A DNA stretch of 64,000 bases from NCBI RefSeq assembly GCF_004010195.1, contig NC_057718.1, positions 47,683,556 to 47,747,555 of the forward strand. Direction: 5' to 3'. Below, in pieces: positions 60,891 to 64,000 of the stretch. Below the pieces are notes generated by a model that worked only from the letters and a program-made list of their open reading frames with translations, searched no databases and had not been told where the DNA came from. Both the position numbers and the translations under genes were made by a program. The stretch is from Chiloscyllium plagiosum. Its lineage: Eukaryota. How positions within the stretch are numbered: position 1 is the first letter of the stretch; every line of letters begins with the position of its first letter.

Positions 60891-61812
60891 CCATGTATAA
60901 TAGTGTATAGGTCGAATTTTGAAGACTTTTTTAAAGCTAAAATTAGGGGGTCGACTAATTTAAGGGTATTGTTTTCAAGGGGATGAAATTCACGCTTGGT
61001 AGGAGTCAAAAAAATGGACAAACGAGTCAGATCTCCTTATAAAATAATAAACAACAAAAGGAAAAAGCATTATGGCCATTATTGACTATTTATCTGCCCA
61101 CTATGGTAGAATGGGAAGTTTACATTCCCGGCAGTCCCCTGGTCCTGGAACATTGCCTGTAATATATTCGGGCCATGTTAAACCGCAAGTGACTGGGGCA
61201 GCACGATGGCTCAGTGGTTAGCACTGCTGCCTCACAGCACCAGGGTCCCAGGTTCGACTCCAGCCTCGGGCGACCGTCTGTGTGGAGTTTGCACATTCTC
61301 CCAGTGTCTGCGTGGGTTTCCTCCGGATTCTCCAGTTTCCAACCACAGTCACAAAAATGTGCAGGTCAGGTGAATTGGCCGTGCTAAATTGTCCATAGTG
61401 TGAGGTGCATTAGTCAGAGGGAAATGGGTCTGGATGGGTTACTCTACGGAGGGTCGGTGTGGACTTGTTGGGCCGAAGGGCCTGTTTCCACACTGTAGGG
61501 AATCTAATCTAATCTTAAAAAAAACTGAAACCGCACAAATCGCCTTATGCTGTCGTACCATTACAGTAATTTTGAAAACCTGGAGCGCCGCATGATGGCT
61601 GGAGGACTGGAAGACCTGGAACAGAGTGCTACAGCCAGCAGACTGGAAAGCCGGAGCAGAGCGCAATGGGCAGGCACACTGACTCATAAATATTGATCTC
61701 TAACCTGTGAAGAACTAGGGTTGACTTATACATGAGATGTATGGAAAATACAAGATTTTTGGCCAAAATAAGGGGCAAACCTATACATGAGATCGACCTA
61801 TACATGAGTTTT
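60891..61812. mobile_element. TcMar-Tc2/pogo-like non-autonomous element with SINE insertion
   Basis: Left end TA|ccatgtataatagtgtataggtcga; right end has repeated tcgac(c/t)tatacatgag motifs in inverted relation to it. Confidence 0.6.
61195..61515 (+). mobile_element. HE1-like V-SINE, full length
   Basis: A box tggctcagtgg, B box ggttcgactcc, V-domain and (AATCT)n tail. Confidence 0.92.
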
Positions 61813-62514
61813 TGCATTTGTTTTTGGCATATCTTACCATACCATCAGCTTGCTAATTAATTAAAATTGTTTTATGTCACAGCAGATTTGACTTCATTAG
61901 GTCTCGAGAAAAAAGTGTACATTCCTGGCTGGTATGTAAATAGAAAATCAAAGAGAATTGTCCAACCTGTTTACATGGATGACTTAACCAGCACAAAACT
62001 ATTTCACACAGGGGAAAAAATGCTTATCCACAATGCACCATGTTAGTTCGATCTAGGTGTATGAAAGATTTAAACTAGTAAATCTATATGAAAGCCCTTC
62101 TGCCCTTGAATTTCACTTTGACTGAAGGAAAACAAATTGACCTTCCTTTGCATTAATTTTTCATTTTCCTTCTCACCAAATTGCTACACAATCAAAGACC
62201 AACAAAGGGCTGTGTGGGGTTAATTTCTAACATAGAAGACCATATGTTCATTATCAAAAGCTATTATTCCAAAAAGGTGAAGACTTCATGCTTTTATTGC
62301 TTTGAATGTAAAACTAAGTTACTAGAATATTTTGCTTATTTTACTCACAATTTGTTAAACTCACTTCTTAATAAAGTGAGTTGGTTTTCAGTTTAAATAT
62401 GAAAATTGTCATTGTGTATTCAGTAAAAAAAAACTTAGAGTCAGAGTCTCTCAAGTCCCAATCCATTGCTATGAATGGAGGCTGCACAAAAGACAAAATT
62501 TCTGAATGGGTAGT

Positions 62515-63930
62515 GTCAGACCATATAGCACAGGAGTCAACCAATCAGCCTGTCAAGTTTTCACCAGCTCTCAGCAACAGTGACACAAATCGTCCCACTC
62601 CTCTGCTTCATCCATAACCCTGCATGATGAATTTACCTCCACTAGCTTCTCAGAAATTTTAAATCCTAAGCACTCCAGGCAAAAAACATTTTTTGCATTT
62701 TTGGTTCTTCTGCAACTTATCAATCTGCATTATTCTGCAAAACAATTCTTCTGTCAATTTTGTCTTAATTCCTTCAAACAATTTGTCTTCAACAAATATT
62801 TGTTGACTTTCCACAACTAGCTCACCCTTGTCCAAATGACTATTAGTTTTGTCCAGGCTTCTCTTTCATAAAGATTTACACACCTCCGAGTTAAATTGAT
62901 CAGCCCATGTTCCTGTGTTTTATCCTTACATCCCTTTTTGATCAAAAGTGAAAAAATTGCAATGGCCAGTATCTCCACAATTTCCATCCACACTTCCTTC
63001 GGCTTCCTTAACAGCATCTCAATTGCTGTTATTATATTTAATTGCTGCCAGCTTTTCCAACACCACCTCTATTAATTATTTGCCTGTACACATGTCAATC
63101 ACCACTTCCTTCACTAGAACTTTGGCAGTATCTCCTTTCTTGGTAAACACAGCAACAAAATAACATTTTAGTACTTCGCCATGCTTTCTGTCTCCTAAAA
63201 GCAACAACATTTCGGCCCTAATCAGCTTCACACTCCAAAAGAAACATTTAAGATTCCCCTTCATGTTAACTGGTAGTTTCTTCTCAATCTCTCTTTGCCT
63301 CACTTACTCCTTTACTCATTACTCAGATGAACCTCAGTCAGCTGGTTCTTATTTGTATTGTCAACTTGACATCTATCACAAGCTCCTTTTTTCTGCACAT
63401 CTTATTCTCATAGCTTTTTCATCATCCAGACCCACAATTGCCCCACGTGTACCTCTACTGCACTTGAATGTTCTCATTTCTAATAGCAATACTTGTCCAA
63501 AAAATAGGTTTGGCAGGTGAAACTTCGACCCCATTTGCTCACTAAAGGCCTATTATTACTGCACTGAGTTTGGCCCTTCTCCAGTCATGTATTTTTACTC
63601 CATTTGGTTCCTTGCTTTTTTTCATAGTTAATCTAAATGTTATAATAGTATGATCATTACTTTCTAAGTATCCCCCTATTAACACTTAAATAATTTCAGC
63701 ACCTCATTCTCTCAAACCAGACCCCAAGATAATGGTCGGAATGAGACCAATTCTAAAAATTCTCAACATACTTCAGAAAGAGACTTCCCTCTCGGTCTTG
63801 CACATCAATTATTCAAACAGAAACTGGGACATGAATAAAATCGTCCATGACTGTTATTTGATCAGTCTTGCATGTCTATAACTTCCCTAAAAACGTTCTC
63901 CACAAGACCTTCCCAAATAAATAGGGGCCA
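62515..63930 (-). mobile_element. Old degraded CR1 ORF2 fragment
   Basis: MKGNLKCFFWSVK...EVLKCYFVAVFTK; KKGCKDKTQEHGLINLT. Confidence 0.7.
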
Positions 63931-64000
63931 ATAGAATGTATGAAGTAGATTACAAAAGGATCTTGAACAGATAGGCCAATGGGCTGAGAAGTGGCAGGTG

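Noticed and set aside
61195..61270. tRNA gene (also 35190-35262, 35697-35760, 34660-34730)
   Set aside because: A and B boxes are present but are followed by SINE bodies and lack a complete cloverleaf; these are SINE heads.

Overview
Repeat-dense vertebrate genomic DNA, most likely from a shark (elasmobranch). The basis is HE1/V-SINE-type tRNA SINEs with (TTAGA)n tails and HER1/CR1-type LINEs throughout. No prokaryotic genes, rRNA, true tRNA or CRISPR array is supported. Most ORFs in the track are fragments of CR1-clade LINEs, SINEs or Penelope-like elements (PLEs). The window also holds relics of an RTE LINE, a Gypsy gag, several solo-LTR-like elements, TcMar and hAT non-autonomous DNA elements, a Deu-domain SINE and a 632-N assembly gap. 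Three observations stand out. (1) PLE terminal repeats carry minimal hammerhead-ribozyme cores (CUGANGA-A-GGGC/GCCC-GAAACGUC), often as short foldback insertions flanked by 10-17 bp direct repeats; weaker motifs suggest further PLE families. (2) A perfect 69-bp inverted repeat (34493-34561 / 34745-34813) has one arm covering a candidate exon and its 5' splice site. (3) A chain of small candidate minus-strand exons (about 42971 down to 9438) may belong to a spliced gene I cannot identify. Repeat boundaries were read by eye and are approximate unless a TSD is quoted.
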